From Myxococcota bacterium (GTDB lineage Bacteria > Myxococcota_A > UBA9160 > SMWR01): a stretch of 64,000 bases of DNA. Below, in pieces: positions 32,219 to 40,600 of this stretch; position 1 is the first letter of the stretch; every line of letters starts with the position of its first letter. The notes under the pieces were generated by a model that had not been told where the DNA came from, did no database searches, and worked only from the letters and a program-made list of their open reading frames with translations. The position numbers and the translations under genes were made by a program. Location: the NCBI GenBank assembly GCA_035541475.1, contig DATKND010000172.1:5040-69039 (forward strand), given 5' to 3'.

Positions 32219-33619
32219 GTGGAAGACGTGGACGCCGCGCACCAGGCGCTGTCGTTTCCCCTGCGCGGTCACGCGGGGCCCGTCGTGCTCGACGCGCGCG
32301 GCGTGCACCACCCGCTGTCGGCGCGCGGGGGGCGCACCTTCACGCCCTACGAGGACCTCGTCCACCTGACGCTCTCGCGCCGCGCGCTCTGGATCGGAGC
32401 GCGCCGCGACGTGGCCGTACTGCCGCGCAAGGCCTTCGTGCGCGCCGACGCGCCCGAGGCGCTCGCGCACGCGCTGCTCGAGAAGCTGACGGATCGGCCC
32501 GGCTCGCGCGCGCAGCTCGCGCGCATGGCGGAGATCGAGGAGCGCGCGCGCGCCTGCCCTCCGTCGTACGCGACCTGGGGGCTCGCGATCCTGTGCGTCG
32601 TCGTGTACGCGCTCCAGCTCTCGCTCGGCCACGACGTCTACATCGTCGGGCACATGAGCCCTCCGCTCGTGGCCGACGGCGACGCCTGGCGGCTCGTGAC
32701 CGCGAACCTGCTGCACGACGACACCATGCTGCCGTTCCACATCCACATCGTGATGAACCTGCTCGGGCTGCTGACCTTCGGGTCGCTCTGCGAGCGACCG
32801 CTCGGCGCCGCACGCACGCTCGCCGTGATGGGAGTCTCGGGCCTCGCGGCGATGACCGCGTGCGCCTGGCAGTCGCTGCCCGTCGTCGGTGTCTCGGGGG
32901 TAGTCTTCGGCCTCGTCGGCGCGGTCACCTGGCTCGAGCTCTTCCGCGCCGGGTCGCTGCCCGCGTGGTGGCGCGTCCCGCGGCGCCCGCTCTACACGAT
33001 GCTCGCGGTCTCGTTCCTGCTCGGCGCACTGATCCCCTTCATCGCGGGCGCGGCGCACGTGGCGGGCTTCGCCGCCGGCGCGCTCGTCGCGGCGCTGCTG
33101 TCGGATCGGGATCTGCGGGTCCGCAGCGCGCCGGCGCCGGTGCGCGCGCTCGCAGCGCTCGTCATCGCCGCGACCGTGGCGGGAATCGCGGCGGCGGCGT
33201 CGCAGCTGATGGCGCCCGGTGACTTCGGCGCGCGTCACCTCGCGCGCATCGCCACCTTGCGCGGGATCTCGCCGGAAGAGCTGAACAACCAGGCCTGGTT
33301 CGTCGCGATCGACGACGCTTCCTCGCGCGAGAAGCTCCTCGCGGCATTGTCGCTGGCCGAGCGCGCCGTGCGCGAGACCGACCGCCGCGAGCCGACCATC
33401 CTCGACACCCTGGCCGAGCTCCAGTTCCTGACGGGCGAGAAGGACGCCGCCGTCGCGACGATCGAGGAGGCGATGGCGCTCGCGCCGAGCGAGCCCTACT
33501 ACGCCGAGCAGCGACGGCGCTTCCTCGGCGAGCGGAAGGACCGGCCGGAGTACACGGACCCGTACCCGCGCGCGCCGCAGCCGCCCGCGCCCGCGCAGGG
33601 CAACGAGGTCACGGCGTGA
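32219..33619 (+). CDS. rhomboid-family intramembrane serine protease with N-terminal soluble domain and C-terminal helical-repeat domain
   Basis: Frame of ORF 31256..33619, with GTG at 32219. Rhomboid motifs WRLVTANLLH, HIVMNLL, catalytic GVSGVVFG and AAHVAGF. Confidence 0.8.
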   Translation: MEDVDAAHQALSFPLRGHAGPVVLDARGVHHPLSARGGRTFTPYEDLVHLTLSRRALWIGARRDVAVLPRKAFVRADAPEALAHALLEKLTDRPGSRAQLARMAEIEERARACPPSYATWGLAILCVVVYALQLSLGHDVYIVGHMSPPLVADGDAWRLVTANLLHDDTMLPFHIHIVMNLLGLLTFGSLCERPLGAARTLAVMGVSGLAAMTACAWQSLPVVGVSGVVFGLVGAVTWLELFRAGSLPAWWRVPRRPLYTMLAVSFLLGALIPFIAGAAHVAGFAAGALVAALLSDRDLRVRSAPAPVRALAALVIAATVAGIAAAASQLMAPGDFGARHLARIATLRGISPEELNNQAWFVAIDDASSREKLLAALSLAERAVRETDRREPTILDTLAELQFLTGEKDAAVATIEEAMALAPSEPYYAEQRRRFLGERKDRPEYTDPYPRAPQPPAPAQGNEVTA

Positions 33620-34589
33620 TCTCCTCCCCATCGTCCGGGACGACGATCCGCCCCGCGAAGGCATCGTCGACCTGCGAGGTGATCTGGAAGGCGAAAACGG
33701 GAGGCGGCCACAGCCGCACGAGCACCAGGGTCTCGGTGCCGGCGCGATGCGCCAGCACGCCCGACTGCGCGACGGAGGTCCAGAGCGCCGCCTCGTGGCG
33801 CAATCTCTCGGGATCGGCCTCGACACCGAACTCCTTCACCTGCTCCGGTGTCGGCAGCATCACCGCCTCGTGGAGCCAGAGCTGCGCGCCGCGCGCCTCG
33901 CGCGCGAGCGCGTCCGGGGCGAAGCCGACGCTCGAGACGAGCGCGCTGCGACCGCGCCACTCCGCGCGCCACGCGAGCGCCGGCACCGGCCCGCCGGGCA
34001 ACGCGCCCGCGCGCAGCGTCAGCTCGTCCTGCGCGAGCGTGAAGCCGTCGTCGACGTCGTGGGCCTCGAGGCCCGGCGGCTCGCCCGCGATGCCGAGCGC
34101 GCCCCAGAGCGAGCGGCCGGAGCTTCGGAGCGCCGACTCGAGCTCGCGCGTGAGCGCGGCCGTGCCCGGCGGACCGTAGAGCCGCAGCGGTGTCGTCTCG
34201 CCCGTCTGCCAGCGCGCCGCGAGCAAGTCGTCGAGTCCGACCGCGTTCTCGGGGAGCCCGCTCGAGAGCAGCACGATCCCCGGCTGTGTCACCGGGAGCT
34301 TCGCGGCGCGCAGCCCTTCGGCGACGCCGCGGCCGGCGTCGACCAGCACGACGTCCTTTCCGGCCGCCAGCGCCACCGCGGGTCCGCGCCGATTCGGGTC
34401 CGGGTGCGGGCCGCCGCTGCCGAGCACGATGACGGTCAGGCGCTCGAACTCGCGCGGGTCGAGCGGCACGACGCCCGCGGCGACGCGGTCGAAGCGCCAG
34501 GCCGCGCAGGTCAGCGCCCAGCACGCCGCCACGACGGCGAAGGCGATCCCGATCCCGACCAGGCGGACGCTCGACGGGCCGGAAGTCAC
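33609..34589 (-). CDS. membrane-anchored MBL-fold/RNase Z-like protein lacking the HxHxDH motif
   Basis: Frame of ORF 33609..34643. GTG 34589 overlaps the purU stop (GTGA). TM anchor LVGIGIAFAVVAACWAL. VIVLGSGGP, VLVDAGRG and LWLHEAV resemble the MBL/RNase Z fold, but the His-motif position reads LLSSGLPENAVG. Confidence 0.6.
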   Translation of the reverse strand: MTSGPSSVRLVGIGIAFAVVAACWALTCAAWRFDRVAAGVVPLDPREFERLTVIVLGSGGPHPDPNRRGPAVALAAGKDVVLVDAGRGVAEGLRAAKLPVTQPGIVLLSSGLPENAVGLDDLLAARWQTGETTPLRLYGPPGTAALTRELESALRSSGRSLWGALGIAGEPPGLEAHDVDDGFTLAQDELTLRAGALPGGPVPALAWRAEWRGRSALVSSVGFAPDALAREARGAQLWLHEAVMLPTPEQVKEFGVEADPERLRHEAALWTSVAQSGVLAHRAGTETLVLVRLWPPPVFAFQITSQVDDAFAGRIVVPDDGEEITP

Positions 34590-35446
34590 GAGAAGACGAC
34601 GGTCTTGTTGCCGTAGACGAGCACGCGGTCGTCGAGGTGCCAACGCACCGCGCGCGAGAGCACCGCGCGCTCGACGTCGCGGCCCAGGCGCACCAGGTCG
34701 TCGACGGTGTCGCGGTGCGAGGCGCGGATCACGTCCTGCTCGATGATCGGGCCCTCGTCGAGGTCCTTCGTCGCGTAGTGCGCGGTCGCGCCGATCAGCT
34801 TGACGCCGCGCGCGTGCGCCTGGTGGTAGGGCCGACCGCCGCTGAAGGCCGGCAGGAAGGAGTGGTGGATGTTGATGATGCGGCCGTGGTAGCGCTCCAC
34901 GAACTGCGGCGAGAGCACCTGCATGTAGCGGGCGAGCACGACGAGGTCGACGCGCAGCTCGTCGAGCAGCGCCTGCTCCGCCTCCTCCTGGCGTCGCTTG
35001 CTCTCGGTGGTGATCTCGAAGACGCGGTACGCGATTCCGAAATGGCGCGCGACCGGCTCGAGCTCCGGGTGGTTGCTCACGACCAGCGGGATGTCGCAGT
35101 CGAGCTCACCCGCGCGGTGGCGGAGCAGCAGGTCGTACAGACAGTGGTCGGTCTTCGAGACGAAGATCGCCATGCGCTTGCGCGCGTCGGCGTACGCGAG
35201 GCGCCAGTCCATGCGCAGCCTCTCCGCCACCTCGCGGATCGCCTGCTCGAGCGCAGTGCGATCGGTGCGCAGCTCCGCGAGGTCGAAGCGGATGCGCTGG
35301 AAGAAGACGCCCGCGCGCGCGTCGGTGTGCTGGTCGGCGTCGAGGATGTTCGCGCCGTGGCCGTAGAGCAGTTGCGCGAGCGCCGCGACGATCCCGCGCT
35401 GATCGGGGCACGAGACGAGCAGGGTGGCGGTCCGGGGCGCCGGCAT
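34586..35446 (-). CDS. purU: formyltetrahydrofolate deformylase
   Basis: 286 aa. ACT domain LLVSCPDQRGIVAALAQLL, formyltransferase core RIINIHHSFLPAFSGGRPYHQA. Confidence 0.9.
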   Translation of the reverse strand: MPAPRTATLLVSCPDQRGIVAALAQLLYGHGANILDADQHTDARAGVFFQRIRFDLAELRTDRTALEQAIREVAERLRMDWRLAYADARKRMAIFVSKTDHCLYDLLLRHRAGELDCDIPLVVSNHPELEPVARHFGIAYRVFEITTESKRRQEEAEQALLDELRVDLVVLARYMQVLSPQFVERYHGRIINIHHSFLPAFSGGRPYHQAHARGVKLIGATAHYATKDLDEGPIIEQDVIRASHRDTVDDLVRLGRDVERAVLSRAVRWHLDDRVLVYGNKTVVFS

Positions 35447-35460
35447 GGACGCGCGATTCT

Positions 35461-35527
35461 AGAAAAAAGAGGCCCCGAGAGCGGGCGATTCGCCCTTTCG
35501 CGGCTACGGCAACCGCGCTCTCGGGGC
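35461..35527 (-). terminator. intrinsic-terminator-like structure ending 14 nt upstream of the purU ATG
   Basis: Minus strand. A perfect 12-bp stem (35527-35516 pairs with 35483-35472) encloses two small hairpins and is followed directly by TCTTTTTTCT (35470-35461). Confidence 0.55.
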
Positions 35528-36069
35528 GGTGGCGCTGGGGACCAAATCGCGTCCCGGATCACGCCGAGAAGAATCGATTCGGCGTGGCGCTAGGACGCCG
35601 CCACCTCACTCGCCGTAGTACATGCATGTTGCACCGAATCACCTCCGTCCCGGCGTGGAGTACATCCAGCGAGGCCCAGACCCCGCTTCGGCCCGTCTCA
35701 GGGTGGTCGCCGATCCCGCCCCTATCGGGTCGCCCCACGGTCGGTCCCGACGTGGAAACCGTCGCAGGACTCGGGGGCGAGTGAAGCCCCCTCGCCGAGC
35801 AAGTTATCAAACCTCTTCGAGGCGCAAGCGAGCCGCGACTGTGACCGGGCGCACGGACGCGCCGGGCGGGTCGCGTCAGTCTCCGCATGCCGCGCGGGCC
35901 GCGCCGCGAGCTCCCGTCCAGCGGAGGGTCCGCGGACGTCATCCCGTCCGAGCTCGCGGCGGGTCCGCGCGGTCGCCCGCCTCTCGCCGATCTTCGCACG
36001 CCGAAGGGCCGTCTCGCGGCTGCGTCGCGGTGGTCGCCCCCAGGGCTCACCCATAGAATGGGGCGCCGG

Positions 36070-37686
36070 ATGAGCGCGCCCACCGCGAATCGCGACCCGC
36101 TGACCCCGCTCGCGCTGCTCGAGCGCACCCTGCGCGTCTTCCCCGACCAGACGGCCGTCGTCCACGGCGACGCGCGCTGGACCTGGCGCGAGTTCTCGGA
36201 GCTCTGCGGGCGATTCGCTGCGGGTCTGGCACGCGCAGGCGTAGGTCCGGGGGATCGCGTCGCGGTGCTCGCGCCGAACGTCCCCGCGCTGCTCGCCGCG
36301 CACTTCGCCGTCCCGCGCCTGCGCGCGGCGCTCGTCGCGATCAACACGCGGCTCTCGCCCGCGGAGGTCGGCTACATCCTCGATCACTGCGGGGCGGAGG
36401 TCGTGCTCGTCGACCCGGAGCTCGCGCCGCGCGTGGCCGAGGCGCCGGGCGGCCTCGCCGCGCGGCCGCTGCTGGTGAACCTCGAGGATCCGGAGTCCGG
36501 AGTGGTCGGGCGCCCGCTCGCGGGCCCCTCGTTCGCGGAGCTGATCGGCGGCGCGACCCCGCTCTCGATGCAGGCCGGCGTCGACGACGAAGAGCGCGTG
36601 CTCGCGATCAACTACACGTCGGGCACGACCGGCCGCCCGAAGGGCGTGATGTACACGCACCGCGGCGCGACGCTCAACGCGCTCGGCGAGATCATCGTCC
36701 ACCGGCTGACGCGCGACTCGGTCTTTCTGTGGACCTTGCCGCTCTTCCACTGCAACGGCTGGTGCTTCCCGTGGGCTGTGACCGCGACCGGCGGCGCGCA
36801 CGTGATGCTGCGCGCGCTCGAGCCGGCGCGCATCATCGCGCTGATCCGCGAGCACCGCGTTACGCACTTCAACGGCGCGCCGACCGTGCTCCTGATGATC
36901 GCCGAGGCGCCCGAGGCGCGCGGCGTCCGCTTCGACCCGCGCGTGCGCGTCGCGACCGGCGGCTCGCCGCCCTCGCCGACGATCCTCGCGCGCATGGACG
37001 CGATGGGGGTCGAGGTCACGCACCTCTACGGGCTCACCGAGACCTACGGCCCGCACGTGATCTGCGAGCTCCAGCGCGGCTGGGAGGGGCTCCCGCCCGA
37101 GCAGCGCGCGCGCGTGATGGCGCGCCAGGGCGTGCCGATGCACGTGACGACGCATTGTCGCGTCGTCGACGCCGAGCTGCGCGACGTCCCCGCCGACGGC
37201 GAGACCATGGGCGAGGTGGTCATGCGCGGAAACAACGTGATGAAGGGCTACTACGAGGATCCGGAGGCGACCGCGCAGGCCTTCGCCGGCGGCTGGTTCC
37301 ACTCCGGCGACCTCGGCGTGATGCATGCGGACGGCTACATCGAGCTGCGCGACCGCAAGAAGGACATCATCATCAGCGGCGGCGAGAACATCTCGACCAT
37401 CGAGGTGGAGCACACGCTGGTCCAGCATCCGGCCGTGCTCGAATGCGCGGTGGTCTCCATGCCGCACGAGAAGTGGGGCGAGGTGCCGAAGGCCTTCGTC
37501 TCGCTGCGCTCCGGCCGGAGCGCCAGCGAGCAGGAGCTGATCGACTTCTGCCGCGGCCGGCTCGCGCACTTCAAGTGCCCGAAGTCAATCGAGTTCGGCG
37601 AGCTGCCGAAGACGTCCACCGGCAAGATCCAGAAGTTCGTGCTGCGCGAGAAGGCCTGGGCCGGGACGGGTCGGCGCATCCAGTAG
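36070..37686 (+). CDS. AMP-forming acyl-CoA synthetase/ligase (medium-chain type)
   Basis: Frame of ORF 35887..37686, with ATG at 36070 (an alternative ATG is at 36058). Motifs YTSGTTGRPKG, GWFHSGDLG, ISGGENIS, PKTSTGKIQK. Confidence 0.9.
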   Translation: MSAPTANRDPLTPLALLERTLRVFPDQTAVVHGDARWTWREFSELCGRFAAGLARAGVGPGDRVAVLAPNVPALLAAHFAVPRLRAALVAINTRLSPAEVGYILDHCGAEVVLVDPELAPRVAEAPGGLAARPLLVNLEDPESGVVGRPLAGPSFAELIGGATPLSMQAGVDDEERVLAINYTSGTTGRPKGVMYTHRGATLNALGEIIVHRLTRDSVFLWTLPLFHCNGWCFPWAVTATGGAHVMLRALEPARIIALIREHRVTHFNGAPTVLLMIAEAPEARGVRFDPRVRVATGGSPPSPTILARMDAMGVEVTHLYGLTETYGPHVICELQRGWEGLPPEQRARVMARQGVPMHVTTHCRVVDAELRDVPADGETMGEVVMRGNNVMKGYYEDPEATAQAFAGGWFHSGDLGVMHADGYIELRDRKKDIIISGGENISTIEVEHTLVQHPAVLECAVVSMPHEKWGEVPKAFVSLRSGRSASEQELIDFCRGRLAHFKCPKSIEFGELPKTSTGKIQKFVLREKAWAGTGRRIQ

Positions 37687-37726
37687 CGCCCTCCGCTCGC
37701 GGGGTCGGACGAACGAGGAGGTCCGG

Positions 37727-38818
37727 GTGCGGATCGTCAACGTGGTGGGCGCGCGCCCGAACCTGATGAAGATCGCGCCCCTGATGGACGCCTACGCGCG
37801 CGCACCCGAGATCGAGCCGCTGCTCGTCCACACCGGGCAGCACTACGACGCCAACATGAGCGAGCTCTTCTTCCGACAGCTCGGCATCCCGGAGCCCCAC
37901 CTCAACCTCGAAGTCGGCAGCGCCTCGCACGCCGTGCAGACCGCCGAGATCATGAAGGCCTTCGAGCCGGTCGTGCTCGAGCGGCGTCCCGACGCGGTGC
38001 TGGTGGTCGGCGACGTGAACAGCACGATCGCCTGCGGGCTCGTGGCCGTGAAGCTCGGCGTCCGGCTGGTGCACGTCGAGGCCGGCCTGCGGAGCTTCGA
38101 CCGCGACATGCCGGAGGAGATCAACCGCGTGCTGACCGACGCGATCAGCGATCTGCTCTTCTGCACGGAGCAGAGCGGCGTCGACAATCTGCGCCGCGAG
38201 GGCGTCGCGGAGCGGAAGATCCACCTGGTCGGCAACGTGATGATCGACACCTTGATGCGACACCGCGAGCGCGCGGAGGCGTCTCCGATCCTCGAGAGCC
38301 TGCGACTCGAGGCGCGCGGCTACGCGGTGCTGACCTTGCACCGGCCCTCGAACGTCGACGATCCCGCCGTGCTCGCGAAGCTCCTCGACGTGGTGGAGGG
38401 AGTGCTCGCGGATCAGGTCCTGGTCTTTCCCGTGCACCCGCGCACGCGCGCGAAGCTCGCGCACCACGGGCTCTCGGCGCGCATCGCCGGGAACCCGCGG
38501 CTGCGGCTCGTCGACCCGCTCGGCTACCTCGACTTCTTGAAGCTGATGGCGCACGCGCGCGTCGTGCTGACGGACTCGGGCGGCATCCAGGAGGAGACGA
38601 CGATCCTCGGCGTCCCGTGCCTCACCTTGCGCGAGAACACCGAGCGACCGGTGACGGTCGAGGTCGGCACCAATCGGCTGGTCGGCCAGCAGCCCGAGCG
38701 GATCCTCGCGGCCTACCGCGACGTCATGGCGGGCCGCGGCGCGCCGGGTCGCACGCCGCCGCTCTGGGACGGCAGCGCGTCGGCGCGCATCGTCGAGGTG
38801 CTGCGCCAGGCGCTCTAG
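37727..38818 (+). CDS. wecB: UDP-N-acetylglucosamine 2-epimerase (non-hydrolysing)
   Basis: 363 aa. GTG start after GAGGAGG. VVGARPNLMKIAPL, HTGQHYD, VGDVNST, HVEAGLRSFDRDMPEEINR, DSGGIQEE. Confidence 0.9.
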   Translation: MRIVNVVGARPNLMKIAPLMDAYARAPEIEPLLVHTGQHYDANMSELFFRQLGIPEPHLNLEVGSASHAVQTAEIMKAFEPVVLERRPDAVLVVGDVNSTIACGLVAVKLGVRLVHVEAGLRSFDRDMPEEINRVLTDAISDLLFCTEQSGVDNLRREGVAERKIHLVGNVMIDTLMRHRERAEASPILESLRLEARGYAVLTLHRPSNVDDPAVLAKLLDVVEGVLADQVLVFPVHPRTRAKLAHHGLSARIAGNPRLRLVDPLGYLDFLKLMAHARVVLTDSGGIQEETTILGVPCLTLRENTERPVTVEVGTNRLVGQQPERILAAYRDVMAGRGAPGRTPPLWDGSASARIVEVLRQAL

Positions 38819-38853
38819 CGGGCGGAGGTCGCCCCCCGACCGATCGTGCTCGC

Positions 38854-39807
38854 CTACTTGATCGCCAGCGGGTTGATCGGCGAGCCGACCGCGCCGGTGA
38901 TCGGCAGCGGCGGCGCGCAGAACAGGAAGGCGTAGCGCCCGTCCTCGGCGCAGGCGGCGGCGAGCGCGTCGAGGTGGAAGATCTCGCCGAAGAGCAGCCC
39001 CGTGTTGCGGAGCGAGATCATGTGCAGCGGCTGGAAGCAGTCGCGCGTCTCGTTGGGGATCACCTCGACGCCCCAGGTGTCGGTCGCGACCGCCGCGACC
39101 TCGCGCTCGTAGAGCCAGCGCGCGCAGTGGACGGAGAGCCCTGGCGCGGGGCCGCCGCAGTAGCCCTTCCACGACTTCTGCTCGAGGCAGCGGGTCATCA
39201 TGCCGGTGCGGACGAGCAGGATGTCGCCCGGCTCGATCGCGACGCCGCACGACTCGGCGCAGGCGTCGAGGTGCTGCGGCAGGATGCGCGTGCCGTCGTC
39301 GAGCCAGCGCTGCTGCGTCACGCGCGGCAGATCGAGCAGCACGCCGCGGCCGACCACGCCGTTCGCGATGCGATCGATCGAGTTCGCGCGCGCGCCGCGG
39401 CTGGTCACGAGGCGGACGTCGCGGCCGCCGTACATGCGCCCGTCGTAGAAGACGTGCGCGAGCGAATCCCACTGCGTGCCGCACTGGAGCGGCATCGTGA
39501 CCGCGTCGTCCGCGTAGTTGAACCCGCCCGGCAGGAAGTCCTGCGCGCCGGCCAGCGCGTCCGCGCCCGTCGCCAGCATGCTGTGGATCGGGTTGTGGCG
39601 GCCGCCGACGCCGCTCTGCGGGCCCTTCGCGTCGAAGGGCAGCGCGCACGAGATGACGAGTCCGCGGCGGGGCAGGGCGCAGGCGCCGAGCACGCGCTCC
39701 TTCGTGATGAAGTTCAAGGTGCCGCGCTCGTCGTCCTCGCCCCAGCGGCCCCAGTTCGAGTAGAGCTCGCCCCACTCGCGTACCTGCCGTGCATCGATCT
39801 CCGACAC
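38854..39807 (-). CDS. putative cyclase-family protein (kynurenine-formamidase-like fold)
   Basis: 317 aa. GELYSNWGRWGEDDERGTLN, QCGTQWDSLAHV and GDILLVRTG resemble the putative cyclase family. Confidence 0.75.
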   Translation of the reverse strand: MSEIDARQVREWGELYSNWGRWGEDDERGTLNFITKERVLGACALPRRGLVISCALPFDAKGPQSGVGGRHNPIHSMLATGADALAGAQDFLPGGFNYADDAVTMPLQCGTQWDSLAHVFYDGRMYGGRDVRLVTSRGARANSIDRIANGVVGRGVLLDLPRVTQQRWLDDGTRILPQHLDACAESCGVAIEPGDILLVRTGMMTRCLEQKSWKGYCGGPAPGLSVHCARWLYEREVAAVATDTWGVEVIPNETRDCFQPLHMISLRNTGLLFGEIFHLDALAAACAEDGRYAFLFCAPPLPITGAVGSPINPLAIK

Positions 39808-39831
39808 CGCGCGCCTCGCGAGGTCCGGAGC

Positions 39832-40563
39832 TCAGCGGCGCTCGCGCAGCGCCGCTTCGACCAGCGCCACGTCGCCCGGCACGTCGACCGCGACGCTGCG
39901 CCAGCCCTCGACGATCGCGCAGCGGATCTCGTGGCCGTGCTCGAGCGCGCGCAGCTGCTCGAGGCACTCGCTGCGCTCGGCGAAGGTCGGCGCCATGCGG
40001 ATGAAGCGCAACAGGAAGTCGCGCCGATAGGCGTAGAGCCCGACGTGCTGCCAGAGCGGCCCGCGCACGGACGGGTCGCGCGGATACGGAATCGCGGAGC
40101 GCGAGAAGTAGAGCGCGCGGCCGCGGTGGTCGAGCACCACTTTGACCCGGTTCGGGTCGTCGCGATCGGCCGGATCGAGCGGGTGCACGACTGTCGCGAT
40201 CGGGACCTCGGCGTCCTCGCGCAGCGCGTCCACCGCGGCGTCGACCACGAAGCCCCGCATCAGCGGCTCGTCGCCCTGGATGTTGACCACGATGTCGTCC
40301 TCGAGCTTCGCGGCGACCTCGCCGATGCGGTCGCTGCCGCTCTGGTGATCGCCGCGCGTCATCGCGACCTCGGCGCCGAACGCGCGACAGGCGTCCGCGA
40401 TGCGCGGGTCGTCGGTCGCGACGATCACCGCGCGCAGGCTCTTGGCCTCGCGCGCCCCTTCGTACACCCGCTGAATCATGCTGCGGCCCGCAATCGGCGC
40501 GAGCGGTTTTCCCGGGAAGCGCGAGGCCGCGAAACGCGCCGGGATCAGGCCGACCGCTGTCAT
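39832..40563 (-). CDS. kdsB: 3-deoxy-manno-octulosonate cytidylyltransferase (CMP-KDO synthetase)
   Basis: Within ORF 39832..41484, with ATG at 40563. MTAVGLIPARFAASRFPGKPL, ATDD, HQSGSDR, VNIQGDEPL, HVGLYAYR. Confidence 0.9.
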   Translation of the reverse strand: MTAVGLIPARFAASRFPGKPLAPIAGRSMIQRVYEGAREAKSLRAVIVATDDPRIADACRAFGAEVAMTRGDHQSGSDRIGEVAAKLEDDIVVNIQGDEPLMRGFVVDAAVDALREDAEVPIATVVHPLDPADRDDPNRVKVVLDHRGRALYFSRSAIPYPRDPSVRGPLWQHVGLYAYRRDFLLRFIRMAPTFAERSECLEQLRALEHGHEIRCAIVEGWRSVAVDVPGDVALVEAALRERR

Positions 40564-40600
40564 GGCGGCATCGTACTCGATCGGTATTTTTCCCGCCGGC

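Noticed and set aside
35640-35720. Riboswitch look-alikes: CTGAGA plus CTGGAT..CCA..GGGA (TPP-like) and GTCTGGGC (ZTP-like 3' element)
   Set aside because: For TPP the helix registers and conserved loop sequences do not fit, and purU is not a thiamine gene. For ZTP the required pseudoknot partner (CCGnC against GnCGG) is not complementary. I kept only the generic unassigned structured-region finding.
35447-35830. tmRNA (ssrA) on the minus strand, suggested by GCGACGGTTTCCACGTCGGGA, a T-arm-like GGGAC...GTCCC and a following ...CGCCACC
   Set aside because: I could not pair any 5' acceptor strand with the 3' CAGCGCC segment. The T-loop lacks the TTCGA-type sequence. No plausible tag reading frame ending in a hydrophobic ..AA stop was found. 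RNase P (no GAGGAAAGTCCGG) and SRP RNA motifs are also absent.
35584-36347. Small and medium ORFs in the purU/acyl-CoA-synthetase intergenic region (35584..35784, 35622..36056, 35559..36347)
   Set aside because: Arg/Pro/Ser-rich with no start context or motifs. They mutually overlap in different frames.
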